From: an uncultured Planctomycetia bacterium
GTDB taxonomy: Bacteria > Omnitrophota > Gorgyraeia > Gorgyraeales > Gorgyraeaceae
DNA length: 39,655 nt
Direction: 5' to 3'
NCBI GenBank assembly: GCA_964637815.1
Contig: CAZWYD010000001.1
Coordinates: 1-39,655, forward strand
The position numbers were made by a program, and so were the translations under genes. Of this stretch, positions 1 to 7,734 are shown piece by piece. Under the pieces are notes generated by a model. It saw nothing but the letters and a program-made list of their open reading frames with translations. It made no database searches and had not been told where the DNA came from. Numbering within the stretch: the first letter of the stretch is position 1; each line of letters opens with the position of its first letter.

Positions 1-1607
1 TCCAGTCAGGAGATACTATATTTGTCCCTTCCATAGGAGATGTGGTGGCTATTGCCGGTAATGTGAAACGGCCTGCGATATATGAAACAAAAAGTGAAGT
101 GCCTTTATCTGATTTATTGGCTTTTGCAGGGGGTATCACGCCTACAGGAGATTTACAGAGGCTTCAGGTAGAGCGTATCAAGAATAACGAGAGACGTGTA
201 ATGCTAGATATAGAATTGAATCGCCTAGAACTCGGAGAATTCTCGTTAAATAAGATTAACATGAGAAACGGTGATTTAGTAATAGTTTCGCCTATAGTAA
301 GACTGAGACATGACTTTGTGTCTATCCTTGGAAATGTTGAACGTCCTGGGGACTACGCCTTGTCAAAGGATATGAAAGTAAGTGATTTGATAAAAAGGGC
401 GAAAGAGTTTATGCCAGGCACCTATTTACAGAGAGCTGAGTTAGCTAGAGTTACCAGAAATAGGACGCGCGAGATCATACCAGTTAATTTAGAAAGCATA
501 GCTTTGGGCATAGCAGAAGATATTAGTTTGAATGAATGGGATATTTTACTTATATACTCTGAAGCTGAAGTTCAGCCTGTTTCATTCGTAGAAATAGACG
601 GCGCTGTCAATAAGCCAGGGCGATATGAACTTACTCCAGGCATGAAGGTCACAGACCTTATTTTTAGAGGAGGAGGGTTAAAGCCGGATGAGATTATAAG
701 GGGATCTGAATTGTTCCATATTATGCCCGGAGAGCAGCCCGTAGTTCGTAATATAGCTATTAGGCAATCCTCGGGCATAAATTTTTCTGTTGACAAAGAC
801 ATGATCCTTCGCGCAGGCGACGCGCTTTTTATAAAATCAGAACCAAGTCTTACCAAGAGAAAAGTAGTTATTGTCGAAGGCGAAATAAGATTCCCCGGGT
901 CTTATTCAATAACAAGAGGAGAAAGACTTAGTTCTCTTCTTGAGCGTACAGGTGGTTTTACAGAAGATGCTTTTTTAGAAGGCGCCTTTTTTACGAGAAA
1001 GTCCATAAAAGAAATGCAGGAGAAGATGAGAAATAAGTTTCTTGAGAAGGAAAATAGGTCCTTACTGGAAGAACAACAGGCAATTTTATTAAGAGGTTCA
1101 ACCGTTGGGATAGTAGCTAGTACTGCAACCTCAGGATCGTTAGATACAAGAAGAAGCATGTTGGATTTTATCGAGTCAGTTGAAATAGAAGGGCGCATGG
1201 TAACAAGACTTATGCCTCTTTCTCAGCTAAAAGGTACTAAACATGATATCCTGCTCGAAGATGGAGATGCCCTCATGATACCACAGATACCTTCGGCTGT
1301 TGCTGTGATGGGGAGTATTAACAATCCTACGTCAATACCTTATGAAAGAGGAAAAGGCCTTGAGTACTATATTCGTAAAACAGGTGGCTTGACAAGACAT
1401 GCAGATAAAAGTGGCATCTATATACTTCGTTCCAATGGCGAGGCAGTCAGTAAGTTTACGATGTCAAAGAAAATCGGGCGGGGCGATACAATAGTCGTTC
1501 CTCAGAGATTTAAATATACGAGGCCGGCGTATGATATTTTTAAGGATATGGTAGATATGATTTCTCGTATTGCCATTGGTATTGGTATTATCGCAGCGTT
1601 AGATTAA
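1..1607 (+). CDS. Polysaccharide export protein (OPX/Wza family), 5'-truncated by window edge
   Basis: The frame is open from nt 3 (QSGDTIFVPSIGDVVAIAGNVKRPAIYE...), so the Met at 42 is internal. It has five tandem SLBB-like repeats (AIAGNVKRPAIYE, SILGNVERPGDYAL, EIDGAVNKPGRYEL, VVEGEIRFPGSYSI, AVMGSINNPTSIPY), each followed by L-x-x-L-I/L-x(3)-GG. A hydrophobic C-terminal helix (ISRIAIGIGIIAAL) matches Wza-type exporters. Confidence 0.85.
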   Translation, partial: QSGDTIFVPSIGDVVAIAGNVKRPAIYETKSEVPLSDLLAFAGGITPTGDLQRLQVERIKNNERRVMLDIELNRLELGEFSLNKINMRNGDLVIVSPIVRLRHDFVSILGNVERPGDYALSKDMKVSDLIKRAKEFMPGTYLQRAELARVTRNRTREIIPVNLESIALGIAEDISLNEWDILLIYSEAEVQPVSFVEIDGAVNKPGRYELTPGMKVTDLIFRGGGLKPDEIIRGSELFHIMPGEQPVVRNIAIRQSSGINFSVDKDMILRAGDALFIKSEPSLTKRKVVIVEGEIRFPGSYSITRGERLSSLLERTGGFTEDAFLEGAFFTRKSIKEMQEKMRNKFLEKENRSLLEEQQAILLRGSTVGIVASTATSGSLDTRRSMLDFIESVEIEGRMVTRLMPLSQLKGTKHDILLEDGDALMIPQIPSAVAVMGSINNPTSIPYERGKGLEYYIRKTGGLTRHADKSGIYILRSNGEAVSKFTMSKKIGRGDTIVVPQRFKYTRPAYDIFKDMVDMISRIAIGIGIIAALD

Positions 1608-1629
1608 TTGTTACATAAGGAGAGATTAT

Positions 1630-2241
1630 ATGGAAAACAACAGCGGCATTTTATATTATGTTAATATTTACAAGAAGCAATGGAAGTTTGTACTGGTTTT
1701 TGTTGTCATATCCATGTTTTTCGCAATGATTTTTTCTTTGTCAAGATCAGAAACTTATTCCTCAACCGTTACTATTTTGACACAGGCGGCTGGCGTAGGC
1801 AGTGCAAGCGGTTTAGAAGGTTTACTGGGAATTAGAGCATCTTCGGATGACATTATTGTTACTATACTTAAAAGTGGACGCATGGCAAATGATATAAACG
1901 ATAGATTTAGTAGAAGCAAATACAAGAAAAAAATTTGGTGGAAAATTAGTGTATGGAAAATACCAGCTGGTTTGAATATAAATGTTAAGGGGGCAGACCC
2001 TGTGCTTACGAGAGATATAGCAAACTTTGTTGTTGATAATCTTGACAAAATAAATGAAAAGTTGAGCATTACGCCCAAGAAGCCCATGGTAAAGCTCTTA
2101 GATCCTGCTGTTCTTGGTGTTAAGTTGCCAGATCCTGCATTGAAAAATATGTTTATAGCAGGTATGTTGTCATTTTTATTAATAAGTTCCTGTATATTTT
2201 TATTGGAGTATTTTAAAAAACTAAAGGTCAAGTCAAGCTAA
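1630..2241 (+). CDS. Short Wzz-like polysaccharide co-polymerase / chain-length determinant, no kinase domain
   Basis: 203 aa with an N-terminal TM helix (KFVLVFVVISMFFAMIFSL) after a Wzz-like start (IYKKQWKF) and a C-terminal TM helix (FIAGMLSFLLISSCIFLL). An AAGGAGAG RBS lies upstream. It sits directly after the OPX gene. Confidence 0.65.
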   Translation: MENNSGILYYVNIYKKQWKFVLVFVVISMFFAMIFSLSRSETYSSTVTILTQAAGVGSASGLEGLLGIRASSDDIIVTILKSGRMANDINDRFSRSKYKKKIWWKISVWKIPAGLNINVKGADPVLTRDIANFVVDNLDKINEKLSITPKKPMVKLLDPAVLGVKLPDPALKNMFIAGMLSFLLISSCIFLLEYFKKLKVKSS

Positions 2242-2250
2242 GAGCATATT

Positions 2251-3498
2251 ATGGTAAAATGTAGAGTGTGCGGAGCAGAGACAAGGAGTTTTCTATCTTT
2301 TGGAAAAATGCCCTTGGCGAATAATTTTTTAGATAAAAACATGGTCGCTGAGATAGATGAAGGAAGGACTATCGAAGCGTGTTACCCTCTAGAGCTTTTC
2401 TTCTGCAAGGGGTGTGGCATGGTGCAGATCGGAGAGATGCTTTCCCCGGAAAAGTTATTTATAAATTATATCTACCTCGCCTCTAATTCAGAGACAATGA
2501 AAAAACATATCAAAGCACTCGTAAAGCGTATTAAAAATAAACACCTTTCTGGTAAAGATGATTTTGTTGTCGAGATAGGCAGCAACACCGGCGACCTCTT
2601 AAAATTGTTTAAAGCTGATGGGACGAGGGTACTTGGCATAGAACCAGCAAAGAATATTGCTGCTATGTCTAATAAGAATGACATCGAAACAATGGCTGTT
2701 TTTTTTAATAAAGAAACCGCTCATGCCGTAAAGCAACGTTACGGTAACGCGAATGCAGTAATAGGCCGACATGTTTTTGCTCACATAAAAGACCTTGATA
2801 GTGTCATAAAAGGAGCAAGGGATCTTATTGGAAAAGATGGCGTATTTATCGTAGAGGTACCATACCTAGTAGATTTCATAGAGAGAAACGAGTTTGACAC
2901 TGTATATCATGAGCACCTCTCGTATTTTTCTGTAGGAACTTTAAAATTTTTATTCAATAAATATGATATGGAGATAGTGGATGTGGAAAGGGTTTTAGAT
3001 ATCCATGGGGGCTCTATAATAGTATATATTAAAAATAAAGCTTCTAATGCTAAGGCTTCAGAAAGAGTAAGCGAATTAATAAAGCTTGAAAAAGAAAATG
3101 GCCTGGATGATTTCAAGACTTACGCTGATTTTGCTGATAGAGTGCTCAAGTTTAAAGAAGAGCTTCTAAGTGTCTTGAAAGGCTTAAAGAGCCAGGGGAA
3201 ACGGATATGTGGCTATGGGGCTCCTGCTAAAAGCACCACATTGCTTAATTATTGCGGCATAGGCACTGATGTATTGGATTTTGTAGTAGATAATACTCCT
3301 ACAAAACAAGGATTATACCTTCCTGGTAGCCATTTAGAAGTCTGTTCAGATGAATGTGTTCTTAAAGAGCAACCAGACTATTTTTTACTTTTGGCATGGA
3401 ATTTTGCTGATGAGATAATCGGAAAAGAAGACAAGTATATAAAAAAGGGCGGTAGATTTATAGTCCCTATACCTAATGTACGCATAGTCCAATCTTAA
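2251..3498 (+). CDS. NDP-hexose C-methyltransferase (TylCIII-like; Zn-ribbon + class I SAM MTase + C-methyltransferase C-terminal domain)
   Basis: It has an N-terminal Cys4 ribbon (CRVCG...CKGCG) and a SAM motif (VVEIGSNTGDLL). The C-terminal Rossmann-like module (RICGYGAPAKSTTLL...VVDNTPTKQGLYLPGS) is typical of sugar C-methyltransferases. Confidence 0.8.
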   Translation: MVKCRVCGAETRSFLSFGKMPLANNFLDKNMVAEIDEGRTIEACYPLELFFCKGCGMVQIGEMLSPEKLFINYIYLASNSETMKKHIKALVKRIKNKHLSGKDDFVVEIGSNTGDLLKLFKADGTRVLGIEPAKNIAAMSNKNDIETMAVFFNKETAHAVKQRYGNANAVIGRHVFAHIKDLDSVIKGARDLIGKDGVFIVEVPYLVDFIERNEFDTVYHEHLSYFSVGTLKFLFNKYDMEIVDVERVLDIHGGSIIVYIKNKASNAKASERVSELIKLEKENGLDDFKTYADFADRVLKFKEELLSVLKGLKSQGKRICGYGAPAKSTTLLNYCGIGTDVLDFVVDNTPTKQGLYLPGSHLEVCSDECVLKEQPDYFLLLAWNFADEIIGKEDKYIKKGGRFIVPIPNVRIVQS

Positions 3499-3502
3499 AT
3501 CC

Positions 3503-3967
3503 ATGATAGAAGGCGTTAAGATAATACCAATAAGGTCATATGAAGACCAGAGGGGCTTATTTGCAGAGATGTGCCGTAAAGATAACCTGCTTACTGATAT
3601 TATAGCGCATATGCAAATGGCAACTTTTTCATGGACAAAGTCCGGCGTATCGCGAGGTCCTCACGAACACCGCTATCAGACCGATAGTTTCTTTTTTATA
3701 GGCCCATCCGATTTCAGATTATACCTATGGGATAATAGGAAAAATTCTCCAACATATGAAAAGAGGATGATTGAAGAGGTAGGAAGATCAAGGATGGTCG
3801 CAGTAATAGTCCCTCCGGGTGTAGTCCATGCCTACAAGAATATAGGCGATACAGAAGGACTATCTATAAATTTTCCTGACAAGCTCTATAGAGGGATAGA
3901 TAAAAAAGAAAAACCGGATGAGATAAAGTACGAGACAGATAAAAACAGTCCTTTTATCATAGATTAG
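3503..3967 (+). CDS. RmlC-like cupin (dTDP-4-dehydro-6-deoxyhexose 3,5-epimerase family, short form)
   Basis: 154 aa with motifs DQRGLF, SRGPHEH, WDNRKNSPTY and VPPGVVHAYKNIGD, which resemble RmlC-type epimerases. Its shortness and the HxH motif leave a 3,4-ketoisomerase (FdtA-like) function possible. Confidence 0.7.
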   Translation: MIEGVKIIPIRSYEDQRGLFAEMCRKDNLLTDIIAHMQMATFSWTKSGVSRGPHEHRYQTDSFFFIGPSDFRLYLWDNRKNSPTYEKRMIEEVGRSRMVAVIVPPGVVHAYKNIGDTEGLSINFPDKLYRGIDKKEKPDEIKYETDKNSPFIID

Positions 3968-3985
3968 AGGAGAGAAAAAGCTTTT

Positions 3986-4849
3986 ATGAAGATATTTGTA
4001 GCTGGTGCAAAAGGACAACTTGGCAGAGAGGTTATGGAATATTGTAGGTCACTTAACATAGAGTGTGTCGGGAGAGATTTACCAGACTTTGACATTACAG
4101 ATCTGGATAAGGTTTTGTATATAGTAAAAGATATAAAACCGGATCTTATTTATAATTGTGCTGCTTATACTGCTGTGGATCTTAGCGAGAAAGAGTATAA
4201 AAGGGCTTTTCTTGTAAATGGATTAGGAGCACGCAATCTTGCTCTCGCTGCAAGACGTCAAGCCGTAGGCATAGTTCATATATCGACAGATGCTGTATTT
4301 GACGGTACAAAAAGTTCCCCTTATAGAGAAGATGATATCCCGAATCCTGTAAATACCTATGGTGCCTCGAAACTATACGGGGAGGTATTAGTGAAGGAAC
4401 AAAATCCTGACAGTTACATATTAAGGACTTCCTGGTTGTATGGTGAATATGGAAAGACTAATTTTGTAACTGCAATTCGCAAAAATGCCATAAAAGCCCT
4501 AAAAGAACATAAACCTTTAAAAGTTGTAAACGACCAGAAAGGCACGCCAACGTGGACTAAAAATCTAGTAGAACAGACGTTTAACCTCTTGAAAACAAAT
4601 GAGTTCGGAACTTATCATTGTAGTAATGAAGGAGAGTGTACATGGTTTGATTTTGCAAAGGAGATAGTAAAAGCTTATAAAATAGACGTTGAGCTAGAAC
4701 CTTGCTCTACAGACGAGTATCCTAGTGTAGCTAAGCGAGGGAAGGAAAGCGTGTTGGAGAATTTTAATCTTAATAGAAAAGGATTAAATATAATGCCTTC
4801 TTGGAGGAAGGCATTCGAAGATTTTTGTTCTTCACCCCCCCATATTTAA
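3986..4849 (+). CDS. rmlD: dTDP-4-dehydrorhamnose reductase (RmlD family NDP-4-keto-6-deoxyhexose reductase)
   Basis: The N-terminus MKIFVAGAKGQLGREV, the YGASK catalytic motif, ILRTSWLYG and DQKGTPTW are characteristic of RmlD. An AGGAGAG RBS lies upstream. Confidence 0.88.
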   Translation: MKIFVAGAKGQLGREVMEYCRSLNIECVGRDLPDFDITDLDKVLYIVKDIKPDLIYNCAAYTAVDLSEKEYKRAFLVNGLGARNLALAARRQAVGIVHISTDAVFDGTKSSPYREDDIPNPVNTYGASKLYGEVLVKEQNPDSYILRTSWLYGEYGKTNFVTAIRKNAIKALKEHKPLKVVNDQKGTPTWTKNLVEQTFNLLKTNEFGTYHCSNEGECTWFDFAKEIVKAYKIDVELEPCSTDEYPSVAKRGKESVLENFNLNRKGLNIMPSWRKAFEDFCSSPPHI

Positions 4850-4872
4850 TGTCTTTTACATGTATATAATTC

Positions 4873-4901
4873 TTGACACGCAGAAGGCATTTTAATATAA
4901 T
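4873..4901 (+). promoter_or_regulatory. Consensus sigma70-type promoter (TTGACA 4873-4878, 17-nt spacer, TATAAT 4896-4901)
   Basis: Read directly from the sequence: both hexamers match consensus exactly, with optimal 17-nt spacing. It lies in the longest non-coding gap of the window (4850-4932). Confidence 0.7.
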
Positions 4902-4902
4902 A

Positions 4903-4931
4903 ATAGAACGTTCTATAACAGAACGTTCTAT
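4903..4931 (+). promoter_or_regulatory. Two tandem copies of a palindrome (ATAGAACGTTCTAT 4903-4916; ACAGAACGTTCTAT 4918-4931): putative operator pair
   Basis: The perfect 10-bp palindromic core AGAACGTTCT occurs at 4905-4914 and 4920-4929, 15 bp centre to centre. The pair sits between the -10 box and the ATG at 4933. Confidence 0.6.
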
Positions 4932-4932
4932 T

Positions 4933-5547
4933 ATGGTACAGCCTCAAAATAATTTTTTAAAACCTGCCGAACAATTACGCAATCTTCAATTATTAGAAGA
5001 AGTTGCAAAAGATTCTACTGTATCCCAGCGGAAACTTGCTTCCTGTTTAGGAGTAGCATTGGGTGTTACCAATGCCTGCCTTAAAAAAATGATCAGAAGA
5101 GGTCATATCAAAGTAAAAGGCATAAATCATAAAAGGATAGCATATTATCTTACGCCATTAGGGTTTAGTGAAAAAGCCAGCCTTACTTATCATTTCCTCC
5201 AACATACCGTAAATTATTACAAAAACTTAAAGGAAAGCGTATTATCAAAGCTAGATTTAATCTCCAAAGCCGGTATTAAAAAGGTGCTTTTTTACGGTGC
5301 AGGAGAGGTAATGGAGGTAGCTTTAATTTGTTTAAACGAAACAGGCATAGAGCTTGTCGGGATAATAGATGACTCAAAAGATAAACAAGGAAAGAGGATA
5401 TTTGGATATGCTATCCAAGATCCTTCTTTTATAAAATCTTTACATCCCGAGGCTATATTGATCACATCTATTAGATACAGGGATAAGATTTTGGCTGATT
5501 TAAAAAAGACCGAAGAATTGCAAGGCGTCAATTTTTATTCTTTATAA
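4933..5547 (+). CDS. Winged-helix transcriptional regulator fused to a Rossmann-like (PglD-N / C-methyltransferase-C-like) putative nucleotide-sugar-binding domain
   Basis: I prefer the ATG at 4933 (MVQPQNNF...) because the track's TTG at 4873 is the -35 hexamer itself. The HTH segment is VSQRKLASCLGVALGVTNACLKKMIRRGHIKV. The C-terminal half (KKVLFYGAGEVMEVAL...LVGIIDDSKDKQGKRIFGYAI) resembles modules in three enzymes of this window. Confidence 0.7.
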   Translation: MVQPQNNFLKPAEQLRNLQLLEEVAKDSTVSQRKLASCLGVALGVTNACLKKMIRRGHIKVKGINHKRIAYYLTPLGFSEKASLTYHFLQHTVNYYKNLKESVLSKLDLISKAGIKKVLFYGAGEVMEVALICLNETGIELVGIIDDSKDKQGKRIFGYAIQDPSFIKSLHPEAILITSIRYRDKILADLKKTEELQGVNFYSL

Positions 5548-5574
5548 TGGTTTTTAAACGAAAGGATTATTAAA

Positions 5575-6546
5575 ATGCTAAATGGGAAAACAGTTTTAGT
5601 TACAGGTGGCACCGGTTCATTTGGGCATAAGTTTACAGAGATGGTATTAAAGAGATATAAACTCAAAAAACTTATTATATTCAGCAGAGATGAGATGAAA
5701 CAATATGAGATGAGTAAGGTTTTTGATCCAAAGAAACACAAAAACATCAGATTTTTTATAGGAGACGTAAGGGATCCAGAAAGATTGCACAGGGCTTTTA
5801 ACAAGGTAGATATCATAATTCATGCAGCAGCCTTGAAGATAGTGCCTACAGCTGAATATAATCCATTCGAGGCAGTTAAGACAAATGTATTGGGAGCTGA
5901 AAATATTATAAATGTGGCCATAGATAATAATATTAAAAGGGTTATTGCGCTTAGTAGTGATAAAGCTGCCAATCCTATAAATCTTTACGGTGCAACCAAA
6001 CTCTGCGCAGAAAAGATGTTTGTAGCCGCAAACAATTATTCTCCAGCAGGAACAAAGTTTAGTGTAGTGCGATACGGAAATGTGTTTGGTTCCAGAGGAA
6101 GCGTGATCCCGTTTTTTAAAGAATGCAGCAAAAAAGGGTTTATTCCTATAACAGATAAGAGGATGACGCGTTTTTGGATTACCTTGGAACAGGGAGTAGA
6201 TTTTGTATTGAGCTGCTTAAAAGACATGCGCGGAGGAGAGATTTTTATTCCTAAAATACCCAGCATGAAGATAGTCGATTTAGCGAAGGCGATTTGCCCT
6301 GGCTGTAAGCACAAAATAACAGGAATAAGACCAGGGGAAAAATTACATGAGACATTAGTCTCTTCCGATGATGGTATTTACACTTATGAACTTAAAGACA
6401 GATTTATTACTTATTCTAAAGTAGCAGGTTGTAATAATAATGGCAGAAAAGGAAAATACTTGAGTGCTGAATTCAAAAGTTACAGTAGTGATAATAATTC
6501 CGAATGGCTAAATATTAGACAGTTAAAAAAACTAGCGGGATTATAA
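5575..6546 (+). CDS. pseB: UDP-N-acetylglucosamine 4,6-dehydratase (inverting), PseB/FlaA1 type
   Basis: Hallmarks of PseB are present: MLNGKTVLVTGGTGSFGHKF, FFIGDVRD, ALSSDKAANPINLYGATKL, VVRYGNV.GSRGSV.P.F and MTRFWIT. Confidence 0.9.
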   Translation: MLNGKTVLVTGGTGSFGHKFTEMVLKRYKLKKLIIFSRDEMKQYEMSKVFDPKKHKNIRFFIGDVRDPERLHRAFNKVDIIIHAAALKIVPTAEYNPFEAVKTNVLGAENIINVAIDNNIKRVIALSSDKAANPINLYGATKLCAEKMFVAANNYSPAGTKFSVVRYGNVFGSRGSVIPFFKECSKKGFIPITDKRMTRFWITLEQGVDFVLSCLKDMRGGEIFIPKIPSMKIVDLAKAICPGCKHKITGIRPGEKLHETLVSSDDGIYTYELKDRFITYSKVAGCNNNGRKGKYLSAEFKSYSSDNNSEWLNIRQLKKLAGL

Positions 6547-6555
6547 AAGATTAAT

Positions 6556-7734
6556 ATGAAAAATATTCCTTACGGTAAACAGTATATAGACAGTTCAGAC
6601 ATAAAAGAAGTAGTTAATGTTTTGCGATCTGATTGGATAACGCAGGGGTCTAAGGTTGCAGAGTTTGAAGAAAGATTAGCGCGTTATTGTGGCGCAAGAT
6701 ATGCAGTTTGTGTATCAAGCGGAACAGCTGCTTTACATATTGCTTGTCTTGCAGGAGGTATCGAGAAAGGCGACGAAGTTATCACAAGCCCAATAACCTT
6801 TGTTGCTTCCGCGAATTGTATTTTATATTGCGGAGCAAAGCCAGTCTTTGCAGATATTCAAGCGGATACGGCAAACATTGACCCCGAAGAAATTAAGAAG
6901 AAAATAACGAGTAAAACCAAGGCAATAATCCCTGTTCATTTTGCTGGTTTACCTTGTGACATGAAAAGAATTTTTGACATAGCCAAGAAAAATAATCTTA
7001 TAGTAATCGAAGATGCCTGTCATGCCTTAGGAGCAGAATACAGAATTAGGGATAAATGGGCCAAGGTTGGTAATTGTGGTTATTCGGATATGAGCGTGTT
7101 TAGTTTTCATCCAGTTAAGCATATAACCACTGGTGAAGGCGGAGCTATCACCACAAATAATAGAAGGCTGTATGAAAAATTAAAGGCGTTAAGAAGCCAT
7201 GGCATATATAAAGACGCGCGTACAAAAAAACAGGGATCATGGTTTTATGAAATGAGAGATTTAGGGTTTAACTATCGGATAACTGATTTTCAATGTGCAT
7301 TAGGGCTTAGTCAGCTTAGAAAGATAAGTCAATTTATAAGAAAAAGAATATCTATTGCAGGTAACTATAATGGAGCATTTGAAGATATACAGGATTATAT
7401 AACGTTGCCTACGTATTCTAATAGTAATAAGACGCATGCTTGGCATTTGTATCTAGTGCACCTACAATTGGATAGATTAAAATGCTCTAGAAAAAAGATA
7501 TTTTCAGAATTGCGACAAAAAAAGATAGGCGTGCAGGTACATTATATACCTGTTTATAGGCAGCCATTTTATAGAAAGAGAAATTATAGTAAAAAAGGTT
7601 TTAGTCACGCAGAAAAATATTACAGAGACTGTATCAGTTTACCTATTTATGTTGATTTAGATAGCAAGTCTCAGGAATATACGATTTCTTCTGTAAGAAA
7701 AATAATAATAAAATATTCCAAGAAGAGGTATTAA
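6556..7734 (+). CDS. pseC: UDP-4-amino-4,6-dideoxy-N-acetyl-beta-L-altrosamine transaminase (PseC-type DegT family)
   Basis: The start IPYGKQYIDSSDI and the motifs WITQGSKV, SSGTAALH and PLP-lysine FSFHPVKHITTGEGG fit PseC. It lies immediately downstream of pseB. Confidence 0.88.
   Translation: MKNIPYGKQYIDSSDIKEVVNVLRSDWITQGSKVAEFEERLARYCGARYAVCVSSGTAALHIACLAGGIEKGDEVITSPITFVASANCILYCGAKPVFADIQADTANIDPEEIKKKITSKTKAIIPVHFAGLPCDMKRIFDIAKKNNLIVIEDACHALGAEYRIRDKWAKVGNCGYSDMSVFSFHPVKHITTGEGGAITTNNRRLYEKLKALRSHGIYKDARTKKQGSWFYEMRDLGFNYRITDFQCALGLSQLRKISQFIRKRISIAGNYNGAFEDIQDYITLPTYSNSNKTHAWHLYLVHLQLDRLKCSRKKIFSELRQKKIGVQVHYIPVYRQPFYRKRNYSKKGFSHAEKYYRDCISLPIYVDLDSKSQEYTISSVRKIIIKYSKKRY

Noticed and set aside
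4850-4872. A second TATAAT at 4865-4870 and a weak ATGT...ACAT inverted repeat after rmlD, considered as an extra promoter or terminator
   Set aside because: There is no acceptable -35 at the right spacing (ATATTT). The TG lies one base too far upstream for an extended -10. The stem is only 4 bp with no U-tract.
4873-4932. The track's TTG start at 4873, which adds MTRRRHFNIIIERSITERSI to the regulator
   Set aside because: That TTG is the first base of the consensus -35 hexamer, and the extension is a translation of the promoter and palindromes (IERSITERSI is the repeat read as protein). The ATG at 4933 is the credible start.
6687-6881. Plus-strand alternative-frame ORFs (6687-6881, 8192-8398, 20372-20584)
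   Set aside because: They are embedded in pseC, the NeuB-like gene and the IolB-like gene respectively. They are Cys/Arg-rich or otherwise unstructured and have no independent translation signals.
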